From assembly GCA_900315395.1 (NCBI GenBank), contig OMZC01000107.1, forward strand, positions 573-64,572: a stretch of DNA of 64,000 bases. Direction: 5' to 3'. The position numbers were made by a program, and so were the translations under genes. Below are positions 37,842-48,863 of this stretch, one piece after another. The DNA comes from an uncultured Gammaproteobacteria bacterium. GTDB taxonomy: Bacteria; Pseudomonadota; Gammaproteobacteria; Enterobacterales; Succinivibrionaceae. Numbering within the stretch: the stretch's first letter is position 1; every line of letters begins with the position of its first letter. The notes under the pieces are model-generated. The model saw only the letters and a list, made by a program, of their open reading frames with translations. It had not been told where the DNA came from and made no database searches.

Positions 37842-38592
37842 TATCCTTTTCCTTATTCTGAACTTGAGCTGATGTCATACCAAAACGGCGCTCTCTTGAA
37901 TTGAAGAAAGTAAAAGCTTCAATCAAATCCTTTTTATCAAAGTCAGGCCACAAGGTATCGGTGAAAAATAACTCAGCATAGGCTGCCTGCCACATTAAAA
38001 AGTTACTAATGCGCTTTTCACCACCAGTTCTAATTAACAAATCCACATCAGTTGGAACACTTAAGTTTTGACTGATGCTGTCCTCGTTAAGTTCATTAAA
38101 ATTTAGATTTTCTTCAGTGCACTTCTTTAAAAGTTTTTGGGTTGCCTGAAGAATGTCCCACCTGCCGCCATAGTTTGCAGCAATGTTCAGTTTCATTACA
38201 GAGCAGTCTTTAGTGAGCTCTTCTACTTTCTTAATCTGATCTTGTAAGATGGCAGGAAAACGAGTCTTATCACCTACGATGCAGGTTTTAATACCGTTTT
38301 CTTTTAATGACTTGCTTTCTTTTTTAATGGCTTGAACGAACAATGTCATCAGCGCATTAACTTCTAAGGCAGGACGTTTCCAGTTTTCGCTGGAAAAAGC
38401 AAAAAGTGTAAGCTCTTTTACACCTAATTGCGCAGATAAACTTATAACTCTTCGAACGGCGTTCGCTCCCTCACGGTGTCCACTGACACGCTGCTTACCG
38501 CGAGATAAGGCCCACCTTCCATTGCCATCCATGATAATGGCAAGATGACGAGGAGCAGTAATGCTCCCCGGAATATCACAAATATCTGACAT
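37831..38592 (-). CDS. uppS: Ditrans,polycis-undecaprenyl-diphosphate synthase
   Basis: Motifs HLAIIMDGNGRWA and FAFSSENWKRP. Confidence 0.94.
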   Translation of the reverse strand: MSDICDIPGSITAPRHLAIIMDGNGRWALSRGKQRVSGHREGANAVRRVISLSAQLGVKELTLFAFSSENWKRPALEVNALMTLFVQAIKKESKSLKENGIKTCIVGDKTRFPAILQDQIKKVEELTKDCSVMKLNIAANYGGRWDILQATQKLLKKCTEENLNFNELNEDSISQNLSVPTDVDLLIRTGGEKRISNFLMWQAAYAELFFTDTLWPDFDKKDLIEAFTFFNSRERRFGMTSAQVQNKEKDNAD

Positions 38593-38601
38593 AAGAGCTA
38601 A

Positions 38602-39159
38602 TTAAATTTCCATTAACTCTTTCTGCTTTGCAGCTAACAGATCATCAGACTTCTTGATTGAAGCATCAGTTGCTTTCTGGATCTTCTCTTCACCTGAACG
38701 CTGCTCATCCTCAGAGATCTCTTTGTTCTTCTGAAGATCTTTGATTTCAGCATTAGCGTCACGACGAATGTTACGGATCTCAACTTTGGTCTGCTCAACT
38801 TCAGCCTTAACAATCTTAACAAGCTCCTTACGGCGCTCCTCAGTTAAAGGTGGAAGTGGAACACGGATTTCAACACCTGCAACTACAGGGTTTAAACCTA
38901 ATTCAGACTGCTGAATTGCCTTCTCAACTGCCTTAATTGCGTTTCTATCGAATACGCTTAACTTTAAGGTACGAGCATCTTCAACATTAACCTGTGCAAC
39001 CTGACGTAATGGGGTTGGGCTACCATAATAGTCAACCATAATACCATCTAAAAGAGCAGGCTGAGCACGACCTGTACGGATCTTGCAAAGGCGACCATCT
39101 AAAGCTTCTAAAGCTTTATTCATGCGTGTTTCTGCTTTATTTTGAACGTCTTTTAACAT
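38602..39159 (-). CDS. frr: Ribosome recycling factor
   Basis: Length of 185 aa, motifs RTGRA and [11 protein letters not shown], in the pyrH-frr context. Confidence 0.95.
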   Translation of the reverse strand: MLKDVQNKAETRMNKALEALDGRLCKIRTGRAQPALLDGIMVDYYGSPTPLRQVAQVNVEDARTLKLSVFDRNAIKAVEKAIQQSELGLNPVVAGVEIRVPLPPLTEERRKELVKIVKAEVEQTKVEIRNIRRDANAEIKDLQKNKEISEDEQRSGEEKIQKATDASIKKSDDLLAAKQKELMEI

Positions 39160-39170
39160 AATCTGACTCC

Positions 39171-39896
39171 TTAATCGCTTACCACTGTGCCTTCTGCTTC
39201 GCCTTTAGCGGCTCTATCAAAAGCACCAGGTTTATTCATAGAGAATACTCTAATTGGCATGTGATGTTCACGTGCAAGTGCAAAAGCTGTTAGATCCATC
39301 ACCTGTAACTGCTTTGAAATAACCTCATCAAAGGTAAGTCTGTCAAACTTGGTTGCAGTCTTATCTTTTACAGGATCAGCAGTATAAATACCATCAACCT
39401 TTGTGGCTTTTAATACTTCAGAGCATTGAAGTTCAATTGCGCGAAGTACAGCTCCGGTATCAGTTGTAAAGAATGGTGAACCAGTACCACCTGCTACAAT
39501 CAAGCTAGAGCCTTTCTTTAAAAGTTCTCTACCTTCAGTTGCGCTGTACTGAGTTGTAATAGATGGAATGCCATAAGCACTCATCAGTACACATTCTCCA
39601 CCTTGAGCCTTGAGTTCTTCTCTCATAGCAAGACCGTTCATGATAGTAGCAAGCATACCCATCTGGTCGCCTGTTACTCTGTCAAAACCAGCCTTTTGCA
39701 GAGCTGCACCACGGAAGATGTTACCACCACCGATTACTAGTACAGTCTGAACTCCCTGTTTCTGAACATCACGGATAGCTTTAGCTGTCTGTGATAAAAC
39801 ATGAGGATCAATACCAAAACCTGTATCACCACTTAAAGCCTCACCAGAGATCTTAAGTAGGATGCGTCTTACTTGACTTTTTTGCTCTGAAGACAT
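39171..39896 (-). CDS. pyrH: UMP kinase
   Basis: Motifs [11 protein letters not shown] and GGGNIFRG. Confidence 0.95.
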   Translation of the reverse strand: MSSEQKSQVRRILLKISGEALSGDTGFGIDPHVLSQTAKAIRDVQKQGVQTVLVIGGGNIFRGAALQKAGFDRVTGDQMGMLATIMNGLAMREELKAQGGECVLMSAYGIPSITTQYSATEGRELLKKGSSLIVAGGTGSPFFTTDTGAVLRAIELQCSEVLKATKVDGIYTADPVKDKTATKFDRLTFDEVISKQLQVMDLTAFALAREHHMPIRVFSMNKPGAFDRAAKGEAEGTVVSD

Positions 39897-39911
39897 TACT
39901 TAACTCCGCAA

Positions 39912-40799
39912 TTATTTCTTAGCGGCATCAACCTGAGCCTGAACTTCAGCAGCAAAGTCTACGACCTGCTTCTCAATGCCTTCGCCTACTTCGTAACGTA
40001 CGAATGAAACTGCATCAGCATTGTGTTCCTTTAAGTACTGACCTACAGACTGCTCTGGGTTCATAACGAATGGCTGACCAGTTAAAGAAACTTCACCGGT
40101 GAACTTCTTCATACGGCCTTCAACCATCTTCTCAGCGATGTTCTGTGGCTTGCCTGACTTCATAGCGATGTCGATCTGAACCTGACGCTCGTGAGCTACA
40201 ACTTCAGCTGATACGTCTTCTGGGTGTACGAACTCTGGCTTTGAAGCGCAAACGTGCATAGCAATGTGCTTAGCTAACTCTGCGTCGCCCCCCTTTAGGA
40301 TTACAGCAACACCGATACGCTTGTTTGAGTGAACGTATAGACCTACAGTCTGACCGTCCTGTGCTTCAACGATTGCTACACGGCGAACCTGTAAGTTCTC
40401 ACCGATCTTAGCAACTAAAGCAGTTAAACCTTCAGCAACAGTCTGACCATCTAAAGTAGCAGCCTTTAAAGCTTCAACGTCAGAAATGTTGTTTGCTAAT
40501 GCTAAATCAGCAACTTTCTGAGCAAATGCAACGAACTCAGCGTTCTTTGCGCAGAAGTCGGTCTCTGAGTTAACTTCTACTAAAGCAACTTTTGAACCAT
40601 TCTGTGCAACAGCAATGATACCTTCAGCTGCAGTACGGCCAGCTTTCTTAGCAGCCTTAGCAGCACCGCTCTTACGCATTGCATCGATAGCTTTCTGCAT
40701 ATCACCATCAGCTGCAACTAGAGCTTTCTTACAGTCCATCATACCTGCGCCAGTAGCGTCACGTAGTTCTTTAACCATAGCAGCGGTTACGTTAGCCAT
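39912..40799 (-). CDS. tsf: Translation elongation factor Ts
   Basis: Contains [19 protein letters not shown], the UBA-like N-terminus of EF-Ts. Confidence 0.96.
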   Translation of the reverse strand: MANVTAAMVKELRDATGAGMMDCKKALVAADGDMQKAIDAMRKSGAAKAAKKAGRTAAEGIIAVAQNGSKVALVEVNSETDFCAKNAEFVAFAQKVADLALANNISDVEALKAATLDGQTVAEGLTALVAKIGENLQVRRVAIVEAQDGQTVGLYVHSNKRIGVAVILKGGDAELAKHIAMHVCASKPEFVHPEDVSAEVVAHERQVQIDIAMKSGKPQNIAEKMVEGRMKKFTGEVSLTGQPFVMNPEQSVGQYLKEHNADAVSFVRYEVGEGIEKQVVDFAAEVQAQVDAAKK

Positions 40800-40817
40800 G
40801 TTTTATTTCCTCTTAAT

Positions 40818-40846
40818 CTGTAAAAGGCCGGATGAACCGGCCTTAG
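40818..40846 (-). terminator. rpsB-tsf intergenic hairpin (attenuator or partial terminator)
   Basis: AAGGCCGG-ATGAA-CCGGCCTT is an 8-bp GC-rich stem followed on the minus strand by TTTTAC. An rpsB-tsf intergenic attenuator is known in E. coli. Confidence 0.55.
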
Positions 40847-40906
40847 AAATTTTCTAAAGTTCTGTGTAAACACAGGATCAGGATCTTACGATCCTAGAAC
40901 GAAAAC

Positions 40907-41659
40907 TTACTCAGCCTTCTGAGCGTCGTCAGCCTTAGCCTCAGCAGCAGCCTTAGCCTCTTTCTCCTGACGAACTACATCAGCACGTGCTGCGTTGATA
41001 GTCTCAACAGCACCCTTTAGATATAGATCAACAGCACGGATAGCATCATCGTTACCAGGAACAACGTAGTTAACGCCATCTGGGTTTGAGTTTGTATCAA
41101 CGATTGCTACAACAGGAATACCTAAGTTGTTAGCTTCTTTGATAGCGATGTGCTCTACTTCAGCATCGATTACGAATAATGCATCTGGTAGACCGCCCAT
41201 ATCCTTGATACCGCCTAATGAACGGTTTAACTTCTCAAGTTCACGGGTACGTAATAAAGCTTCTTTCTTAGTTAACTTCTCTAAAGTACCGTCCTGAGTC
41301 TGAGTCTCAAGCTCCTTTAAGCGCTTGATTGACTGACGAACAGTCTTCCAGTTTGTTAACATACCGCCTAACCAACGGTGATCAACGTAGAACTGACCAC
41401 ATGCAGTAGCAGCAGGACCTACTTTATCAGCAGCTGCGCGCTTGGTACCTACGAACAGAACCTTGCCCTTGTGAGCAACAGTGCTGCTTAGGAAGTTTAA
41501 TGCTGCATCGTAGCACTCAACGGTCTTCTCTAAGTTGATGATATGAATGCCGTTACGAGCACCGAAGATGTACTGTTTCATCTTAGGATTCCAGTAACGA
41601 GTCTGATGACCGAAGTGAACGCCAGCCTGTAGCATGTCGCGCATAGTGATGGTAGACAT
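40907..41659 (-). CDS. rpsB: 30S ribosomal protein S2
   Basis: Starts [27 protein letters not shown], with an acidic/Ala-rich C-terminus. Confidence 0.96.
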   Translation of the reverse strand: MSTITMRDMLQAGVHFGHQTRYWNPKMKQYIFGARNGIHIINLEKTVECYDAALNFLSSTVAHKGKVLFVGTKRAAADKVGPAATACGQFYVDHRWLGGMLTNWKTVRQSIKRLKELETQTQDGTLEKLTKKEALLRTRELEKLNRSLGGIKDMGGLPDALFVIDAEVEHIAIKEANNLGIPVVAIVDTNSNPDGVNYVVPGNDDAIRAVDLYLKGAVETINAARADVVRQEKEAKAAAEAKADDAQKAE

Positions 41660-41973
41660 AAATAATATCCTCTAAAATTAGGGTTGTGCCTCCACTGTTT
41701 CGCTTGTACAACCAAGTAAGAAACACATCTTAATTGGCACCCAGTACATAACGTTAATAAACAGTGTGCGATTTCTTAAAAACAATCTTGTGTCTTATCT
41801 AAATTTGACAGACACAATACCCCTGTGTACCTACACAAAGGCACGTTATTCTAACATGGATTATTTTAAAAATTTTGCCTTAATAAGAAAAAAAATCGCC
41901 ATTCCTTTCATCATTTGTCAGAAACTTACAAAAAATCATTATAATAAGCCATAGTTAACTAAGGATGAGCGTT

Positions 41974-42762
41974 ATGGACATTACTTTAAAATCACCAAAC
42001 GAAATTGAAAAAATGCGTATTGCAGGCGCTGCTACTGCAAGAGTTCTAGAAATGATCGAGCCTTATGTAGTTCCAGGTGTTACTACTGAGGAACTTGACA
42101 ACATCATGAACGACTACATCGTTAATGTTGAAAAGGCTAAAAGTGCTGATTTAGGCTACCAAGGTTACCCTAAAGCTACCTGCATCAGTATCAATGAAGT
42201 TGTATGTCACGGTATTCCAGGACCTCATAAGTTAAAAGAAGGCGATATCGTCAACATCGATGTTACCGTGTTAAAAGACAGGTTCCACGGTGACAGCTCA
42301 AGAATGTACATTGTAGGTAATCACACCTCACCTAGAAACGAGCAGTTATGTAAATGTGCTCAAGAGTCAATGTACGAAGCAATCAAGACAGTAAGACCTG
42401 GTTCTAACCTTGCTGACATTGGTGATGCTATTCAGAAAGTTGCTGACAAAGCAGGCTTCTCAATTGTAAGAGATTACTGCGGTCACGGTATTGGTATTGG
42501 TTTCCATGAAGAACCTTCTGTATTACATTACAGAAACAATGAGAATTTAATTCTGCAAGAAGGCATGTGTTTTACCATTGAGCCTATGATCAATGCTGGT
42601 ACCTATAAGTGCAGAACTAATAGAAAAGATGGTTGGACTGTAACTACAGCTGATAAACAGCCTTCAGCTCAGTATGAGCACACTCTATTAGTAATTCCTA
42701 ACGGAGTTGAAGTTTTAACCTTACGTAAGGATGAAGACTTCCCTCGCATCATTACTCACTAA
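41974..42762 (+). CDS. map: Type I methionine aminopeptidase
   Basis: MDITLKSPNEIEKMRIAG aligns with E. coli Map. Metal ligands are in the DVTV, HGIG and FTIEP contexts. AAGGA lies 8 nt upstream of the ATG at 41974. Confidence 0.93.
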   Translation: MDITLKSPNEIEKMRIAGAATARVLEMIEPYVVPGVTTEELDNIMNDYIVNVEKAKSADLGYQGYPKATCISINEVVCHGIPGPHKLKEGDIVNIDVTVLKDRFHGDSSRMYIVGNHTSPRNEQLCKCAQESMYEAIKTVRPGSNLADIGDAIQKVADKAGFSIVRDYCGHGIGIGFHEEPSVLHYRNNENLILQEGMCFTIEPMINAGTYKCRTNRKDGWTVTTADKQPSAQYEHTLLVIPNGVEVLTLRKDEDFPRIITH

Positions 42763-42833
42763 TTTATAGCTAAAAGCTTCTAACCGTTCATAAACTGTTC
42801 ATAAAATGGTGCAAAGCTTTTAAGTTATGAGAT

Positions 42834-42864
42834 GCCTGCCATATTCTTTGGCAGGCTTTATTTA
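42834..42864 (+). terminator. map intrinsic terminator
   Basis: GCCTGCC-loop-GGCAGGC followed by TTTATTTA. Confidence 0.65.
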
Positions 42865-42961
42865 CAGCATGACTATTAAGCTTACAATTATCATTCCAAA
42901 GATAAAGAGCTTAATTAACCTAAACTAATGATCTTTTAAGATCTAAACAGAGTTACCTATC

Positions 42962-45613
42962 ATGTTTGAGTCCATTTCTATTCCAAGAAAGGTAAATACC
43001 GCTGACGTAAACGAAGCTTTTCCTTTTAAAGCTCCAGCTCTTGATGTCTATGACATCAAACAAGGGCGTGAACTTGTAAAACTGTATAAGGAATACCACA
43101 AAGAGTGTTTCTTAAAAGGCTTTCAGGTAGCTAATCTTTTAAAATGTGAGACTCAAAGTTTAGATAACTTTCTAAAAAAGATCTGGGAGCATTTTTTAGG
43201 TAACAACTACGATTACCTCACCCTAGCTGCTGTTGGTGGCTATGGACGCGCTGAACAGTTCATTGAATCAGATATTGACCTTTTAATTGTCTCAGGACTT
43301 GATCCTATTCCTGATGATGCCCGTAATGCTATTGAAAAGTTAGTCTCTTTCTTATGGGATCTAAAACTTGATTTAGGCACCTCTGTAAGAACTATCAAAG
43401 AAACCGTTCTTGCATCCCGTGAAGACATCACCATCATTACCAATCTTTTAGAAACTCACTATATTGCAGGTAACAAAGATGTCTATGATCATCTTTTAAT
43501 TGCACTTAAAAACGATGAGTTCTGGGATGATGAAAAATTCTTTGAAGCTAAAGTATCCGAGCAGATGCAACGCTATCACAGCTTTAGAGATACAGTATAT
43601 TCACTAGAGCCTGATGTTAAGAATAATCCAGGTGGTCTGCGTGATCTGCACATCATGCAGTGGCTCGCCATTAAGATCTTCCATGCCACACGTGATGATG
43701 ACTTATGCTCTGTAGGCCTTCTTACCAAATCTGAGTACGAGGAGTACCTCTCCTGTCAGTCTTTCTTGTGGGATGTGCGTTACGCTATTCACTGTAACTC
43801 CAACTCTAATATCCTAAGATTGGACTTTCAAAAGACTGTAGCTTCTATCCTAGGTTACGGAGATGAAGGTAATGCTCCTGTAGAAGCGATGATGCGCGAT
43901 CTTTTCCGTATCTTCCACAGAGTTCGTGAATTAAATTACATTCTAGTTCAGCAGGCTTCAATCAAAGTTAAAGGTTATGTAGGTAAAGAGTTCTCTGATC
44001 CTGTATTTATTGACAGTTCCTTTGTACAAAAAGGTACTTTTATCGATGTTTTAGATCATGAGCTCTTTAAAAACGATCCTGCTAAGATCTTAGATCTGTT
44101 CTTAGCAATCGACTCTCGCCCTATTATTCATAATATTCATGTAAATTGCTTAAGAGCTTTACGTGAAGGACGCAGAGTTCTAAAAGATTACTTGATTACT
44201 GATCCTAATTGCCGTGAGAAGTTCAGACAGTTACTGCAAAAAACAGACAGTGCACCTCTACTCTTCTCTTTAATGCATGAAACACGTGTGCTTTCAAGCT
44301 ACATGCCTCAGTGGGCAAGAATTGAAGGTTTAGCTCAATTTGACAGATTCCATCTGTTCAGTGTTGATGAACACTCCATAAGAGTAATTAAAAACATCCA
44401 CGATTTGGCTCAATCTAAAGATCCTATCTATCAGCTCTTTAAAATCGTCGTCAAAAAGATCTCAGAGCCTGAGCTTTTAATCACAGCTGCCCTCTTACAC
44501 GATATTGCTAAAGGTCGTGGTGGTAACCATGCTCAAAAAGGTTCAAAAGAAGCTGAATCATTCTGTAAATTACATGGTTTTAACGATTATCAGACCGGTA
44601 TTATCAGCTGGCTTGTAGCATCACATCTGCAGTTTAGTACCACCGCTACAAGACGTGATATTACCGATCTTGAGGTGATAAATAAGTTCGCTGACTTTGT
44701 AGGTGACGAGGAGCACTTAAACTTACTGTACTGTCTGACTGTAGCTGATATCAGTGCAACAAACGACAACGTTTGGAACTCATGGAAAGATAACATTTTC
44801 AAACAGCTCTACCAGTCCACAAAGATTGCAATTTCACAAGGTGAAACCGATCTTGAGACTAACATGCAGCAACAGGCTTTAGAGCGTAAAGAAAAGGTCA
44901 TCGAACTTACTAAAGACTGCAAGAAGGATGATATCTTAAAGTACATCAGACAGTTCCCTATCGAGTACTTTATCCACTATCAGCCTGAGGATATCAGCTG
45001 GCATGCTCGTAATATCTTAAGATATTCACATACAGATAAGCCTTTAATCCTGTTCTCACAGACTCCAAATGTGGGTACTGAGCTTTTGGTTTACTATCAG
45101 AGCAATTCTCCAAAATTCTTTGGAAATTTAGTTAAAACCATGGCAATTAAGCAGTTGAACGTTTTTAGTGCACAGATATTTTTAACGCACAATTTTCATG
45201 CATTATGCACAATTATGTTCCAAAACAAAAAAGGACTGCCCCTTGATCATGACCGCTTAAATGGACTTAGAAAAGCAATTCTCTCAGGTCTTGATGATGA
45301 GTCGCAAAGCCTTATTCTATCTAATTCTGGACGTAAGATTTTCGATCTTCCAACCACGATTTCTTTCTTAGATTCAGGTTCTGAAAAGCAGACTAAGCTT
45401 GAAATCTCTACGCTTGACAGACAAGGTCTATTGGCTAAAATCGGCATAACACTTGGTAATTTAGGCTGTCTAATCAGTGCTGCTAGAATCACCACCACAG
45501 GTGAAAGAGCAGACGATTACTTTGCAATTACCGATGAAAACGGATTACCTCTAGATTCAATCAAAAAAGAAGAACTGACCACAGCATTAAAAGCAGCTCT
45601 TGATGAATCTTAG
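42962..45613 (+). CDS. glnD: [Protein-PII] uridylyltransferase / uridylyl-removing enzyme
   Basis: Nucleotidyltransferase motif AVGGYGRAEQFIESDIDLL, an HD domain (LLHDIAKG) and two C-terminal ACT domains. Located in the map-glnD-dapD context. Confidence 0.92.
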   Translation: MFESISIPRKVNTADVNEAFPFKAPALDVYDIKQGRELVKLYKEYHKECFLKGFQVANLLKCETQSLDNFLKKIWEHFLGNNYDYLTLAAVGGYGRAEQFIESDIDLLIVSGLDPIPDDARNAIEKLVSFLWDLKLDLGTSVRTIKETVLASREDITIITNLLETHYIAGNKDVYDHLLIALKNDEFWDDEKFFEAKVSEQMQRYHSFRDTVYSLEPDVKNNPGGLRDLHIMQWLAIKIFHATRDDDLCSVGLLTKSEYEEYLSCQSFLWDVRYAIHCNSNSNILRLDFQKTVASILGYGDEGNAPVEAMMRDLFRIFHRVRELNYILVQQASIKVKGYVGKEFSDPVFIDSSFVQKGTFIDVLDHELFKNDPAKILDLFLAIDSRPIIHNIHVNCLRALREGRRVLKDYLITDPNCREKFRQLLQKTDSAPLLFSLMHETRVLSSYMPQWARIEGLAQFDRFHLFSVDEHSIRVIKNIHDLAQSKDPIYQLFKIVVKKISEPELLITAALLHDIAKGRGGNHAQKGSKEAESFCKLHGFNDYQTGIISWLVASHLQFSTTATRRDITDLEVINKFADFVGDEEHLNLLYCLTVADISATNDNVWNSWKDNIFKQLYQSTKIAISQGETDLETNMQQQALERKEKVIELTKDCKKDDILKYIRQFPIEYFIHYQPEDISWHARNILRYSHTDKPLILFSQTPNVGTELLVYYQSNSPKFFGNLVKTMAIKQLNVFSAQIFLTHNFHALCTIMFQNKKGLPLDHDRLNGLRKAILSGLDDESQSLILSNSGRKIFDLPTTISFLDSGSEKQTKLEISTLDRQGLLAKIGITLGNLGCLISAARITTTGERADDYFAITDENGLPLDSIKKEELTTALKAALDES

Positions 45614-45642
45614 ATTGCAAAAAATGCCAATAGGAGATTTAA

Positions 45643-46488
45643 ATGTCTGTTTTAGACTTACAACCAGTAATTGAAGAGGCTTTTGAGAATCGCGCTTCTA
45701 TCAATTCAAAGACTGTTACCCCACAATTAAGAGACGCTATTGAACAGGTTATCGCAGCTTTAGATGCTGGTGAGATCCGCGTAGCTGAAAAGAAAGATGG
45801 TGACTGGGTTACCAATCAGTGGGTAAAAAAGGCTGTATTACTGTCTTTTAGAATTGAAGATAACTTCTTAACTGAAGTTCCAGGTGGTGCTTTCTACGAT
45901 AAGGTTCACTTAAAGTTTGAAGGCTATACCGCTGAGCGTTTTGCAAAAGAAGGCATTCGCGCTGTTCCTGGCTGTGTTGTTCGTCGTGGCGCTTATCTTG
46001 AGCCAAACACCATTTTATTACCATCATTTGTTAACATCGGTGCTCACGTAGGTTCAGGCACCATGGTTGATACTTGGGCTACTGTAGGTTCATGTGCTCA
46101 GGTAGGTAAGAACGTTCATATTGCAGGTGGTGCTGGTATCGGTGGTGTTCTAGAGCCTGTACAGGCAGGTCCTACCATTATTGAGGATAACTGCTTTATC
46201 GGCGCAAGATCAGAAGTTGTTGAAGGTGTTATCGTAGGTGAAGGCTCAGTTATCTCTATGGGCGTTTTCTTAGGTAAATCTACCAGAATTTATGACAGAA
46301 CCACAGGTGAAATTTCATACGGCAGAATTCCACCTCACTCAGTAGTTGTAGCAGGTAACTTACCTTCAAAGGATGGCAAGTATTCACTGTATGCAGCTAT
46401 CATCGTAAAGCGTGTTGATGAGAGAACCCTATCAAAGGTTGGTCTGAACGAGTTATTACGTCAGGCTCAAGAAGAAGTTCACGGCTAA
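45643..46488 (+). CDS. dapD: 2,3,4,5-tetrahydropyridine-2,6-dicarboxylate N-succinyltransferase
   Basis: DapD N-terminal domain plus a hexapeptide beta-helix. TAGGAG SD upstream. Confidence 0.93.
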   Translation: MSVLDLQPVIEEAFENRASINSKTVTPQLRDAIEQVIAALDAGEIRVAEKKDGDWVTNQWVKKAVLLSFRIEDNFLTEVPGGAFYDKVHLKFEGYTAERFAKEGIRAVPGCVVRRGAYLEPNTILLPSFVNIGAHVGSGTMVDTWATVGSCAQVGKNVHIAGGAGIGGVLEPVQAGPTIIEDNCFIGARSEVVEGVIVGEGSVISMGVFLGKSTRIYDRTTGEISYGRIPPHSVVVAGNLPSKDGKYSLYAAIIVKRVDERTLSKVGLNELLRQAQEEVHG

Positions 46489-46509
46489 TTCCCTGCCCTG
46501 AACAGTTAG

Positions 46510-46540
46510 AAAAATGCCAGCTGATGCTGGCATTTTGTTT
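46510..46540. terminator. Bidirectional terminator between dapD and the convergent 659-aa gene
   Basis: AAAAATGCCAGC-TGAT-GCTGGCATTTTGTTT. Confidence 0.8.
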
Positions 46541-46612
46541 ATCTACGTTGACGTAGACTGTTTTGAATATCGACTTAAGATATTCCTGTATTCTTACAGG
46601 CTAAAGTCTATC

Positions 46613-48592
46613 TTAATAAGGCACGATGATATCATCATCCACATCTGCATCAGGATCATCATCAACATCATCATCCTGATAATCCTGATACTTATCCTGT
46701 TCAATAGTCATCTTATTACCCTTCTCATCTACAACATCGCCATCTGAATTGGTATCATTCTTTAAAGATACATCAGGTAACTCTGCCCTATCATATGGGA
46801 AGTTTAACAGAGCGTTAGTTTGAATGATGCAGGCAAGACCTTTTACAAAGCTTGCTCTCCATTGTGGAAGATAACCTTTGTCTACTAACTCATCTAAGTA
46901 ATCATCTAAGGTATGATAGTAATCAAGCCATAACTCATTGAGATCATTTAGCTTTTTACCATCACTGTCTGAGACATTAGTAATTGACTCTAATCTGTAT
47001 TTAAACTCTTTTGAATAGGTGCTATAAGCTTTATGAGCTTCATAGCTACAGATATCCACATCTCGACTGGAGATACACTCTCGCAGTAAGAAATAGTCAC
47101 CAAAGCCGTATAGTTTAAATAAAGAGAGAATAGCCAAACCTAAGTTTGCTCTTGGATGTTCACCTACAGCATCATCGATACTGTCGTTATAGAACTGAGA
47201 ATGAGACCATGCATTTGAGAAAGCATCCCACTTAGATACTACTTTGCTATACCTTTCTGTATTTAGTGGAGAGGTTCTCATGTAGTCATCAATGCCGTTG
47301 ATGCAGCTGTCGGATGCAAAGTAGAACTGCTCGCCGTTAGCGCCTTCAAAGAATGAGCATTGTGATTCTAATGGTTCACCAGTTACAGTCTTACCACCTG
47401 TACCCTGTTTAAAGGCATTTTCAGGTAATAATCTGATGCCCTGAGGTTTACCAGCTAAATTCCAAATTCTCATCAGCATGGTTCTGTAAATAATAGGTCT
47501 TATAGCCTGAGCCTGCTGAATATTTGGAAGAGCACCTGATAACTGTCTGTAAAAATCAGCCCAGATCTTTAAGGACTTCTCTACAGCATTTACAGCTGAA
47601 ACTGATCCTTTTACTCGTCTGTATAAAACAGATGAGTATTTTAATAGCTCCATCTCATAGCGATTATCGGTGTCATAGACTACAGTTGTAGGATCACCAT
47701 GTAATGATTTAATGGTATAGAAGCTACCAGGAAACTCTTTAATGTGTCTTTTACCTACTAAGGAGTACAAAGCTAGATACCACTCACGGCCATCTGCTTT
47801 TACTGGCAGGTTTAAAGCTGAAGCTGAGCTTAACGAAACAACCTTATTCCAGCTTTCGTTATACTTATTAAATGCAGAGCTCTTATCATTAAAGAGCTTG
47901 TAGATATATGAAAGTGGGCCAAGACCGTCCTTTTTATAGAATCTGTCTAAAGCTAACTTACATGAATCTGAGTAATTGAATTTGTACAGATTTGGTCTTA
48001 CCTGAGCTGTACACAGATCATCGACATTGTCTATATAAGACTTCTCATATCTGTCCTGAGGCCAAAGCAGTGATGAGAGCAATGGAAAATTACATTTAAA
48101 GTCGTTGCCGATGCACAGTGCTGTACACTCAGATGCTACATTACGAATAGTCATGTCGGCACCAGACATTGACACATCGATAGTAGCAGGGATTCCTAAA
48201 TACTCAGCATCTTCTTTGTCAAAGATTAAAGTTAACTTTGTAGAATCAGGAATTGCTAATAGTAGATTCTCATCTATTTGTAAATCAAGAGAATTTCCTG
48301 AAACCTCACCATACTCTTCGACATTTAACTCATCAGTCTTTACGGTAACTTTAATTACTGAATCAGAGTCTATTTTTTTAGGTAAGAGTAGAGTGAAGCG
48401 ATAATTGTCCTGAGAGTTCTTTGAACAAAGAACTGCCTGAAGTTGTGTATCTCCTGAAGCATTTACAAAAGCAGAGACCTCTGTCTCACCATTTGCATAG
48501 GTAAGATCGCCTGCTGCCCACATTGCTGCATTTGAATTTGTACTATAAGTTAGGGCTCCAAGTACAAATAAATATGATAGTGACCTCATCAT
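46613..48592 (-). CDS. Secreted Cys-rich hypothetical protein with a poly-acidic C-terminal tail
   Basis: Signal peptide MMRSLSYLFVLGALTYSTNSNA, about 13 cysteines in the mature part of the chain, and a tail reading DKYQDYQDDDVDDDPDADVDDDIIVPY. I recognise no family with confidence. Confidence 0.6.
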   Translation of the reverse strand: MMRSLSYLFVLGALTYSTNSNAAMWAAGDLTYANGETEVSAFVNASGDTQLQAVLCSKNSQDNYRFTLLLPKKIDSDSVIKVTVKTDELNVEEYGEVSGNSLDLQIDENLLLAIPDSTKLTLIFDKEDAEYLGIPATIDVSMSGADMTIRNVASECTALCIGNDFKCNFPLLSSLLWPQDRYEKSYIDNVDDLCTAQVRPNLYKFNYSDSCKLALDRFYKKDGLGPLSYIYKLFNDKSSAFNKYNESWNKVVSLSSASALNLPVKADGREWYLALYSLVGKRHIKEFPGSFYTIKSLHGDPTTVVYDTDNRYEMELLKYSSVLYRRVKGSVSAVNAVEKSLKIWADFYRQLSGALPNIQQAQAIRPIIYRTMLMRIWNLAGKPQGIRLLPENAFKQGTGGKTVTGEPLESQCSFFEGANGEQFYFASDSCINGIDDYMRTSPLNTERYSKVVSKWDAFSNAWSHSQFYNDSIDDAVGEHPRANLGLAILSLFKLYGFGDYFLLRECISSRDVDICSYEAHKAYSTYSKEFKYRLESITNVSDSDGKKLNDLNELWLDYYHTLDDYLDELVDKGYLPQWRASFVKGLACIIQTNALLNFPYDRAELPDVSLKNDTNSDGDVVDEKGNKMTIEQDKYQDYQDDDVDDDPDADVDDDIIVPY

Positions 48593-48811
48593 AATAGTAG
48601 TTTTTTATATAGCGCTTTATTTTTTTCGATAGTATATATCCAAATACAAAAATTGTTACTTATTTTCAGAAAAAAAGTAAAACTGCACAATAACTAAGAG
48701 AATTTAAAGGAGATAAATTTGGGAGATTTACAGTATTTTAAGAGATAACTGTCTGATCTAGTGAGTGGAAATAATAAGAAATGTAAAATGAAATTTATTT
48801 GCAACTACAAC

Positions 48812-48835
48812 AAGGCCTGCTAAAAAGCAGGCCTT
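48812..48835 (-). terminator. Probable nqr operon terminator
   Basis: AAGGCCTGC-loop-GCAGGCCTT is a 9-bp stem. The U-tail on the minus strand is poor (GUUGUAGUUG). Confidence 0.5.
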
Positions 48836-48863
48836 GAGCGCTATTTGATAGCTTGTTTACTTA

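Noticed and set aside
41766-41954. 62-aa ORF in the rpsB-map intergenic region
   Set aside because: It lies in the divergent promoter and leader region, has no SD, and its composition is driven by AT-rich sequence. The minus strand here is more plausibly the structured rpsB leader.
46514-46747. 77-aa Ile-rich ORF on the plus strand
   Set aside because: It starts inside the dapD terminator hairpin and is antisense to the Asp-rich tail of the 659-aa gene (GAT/GAC codons read as ATC/ATT on the other strand). It is a shadow ORF.
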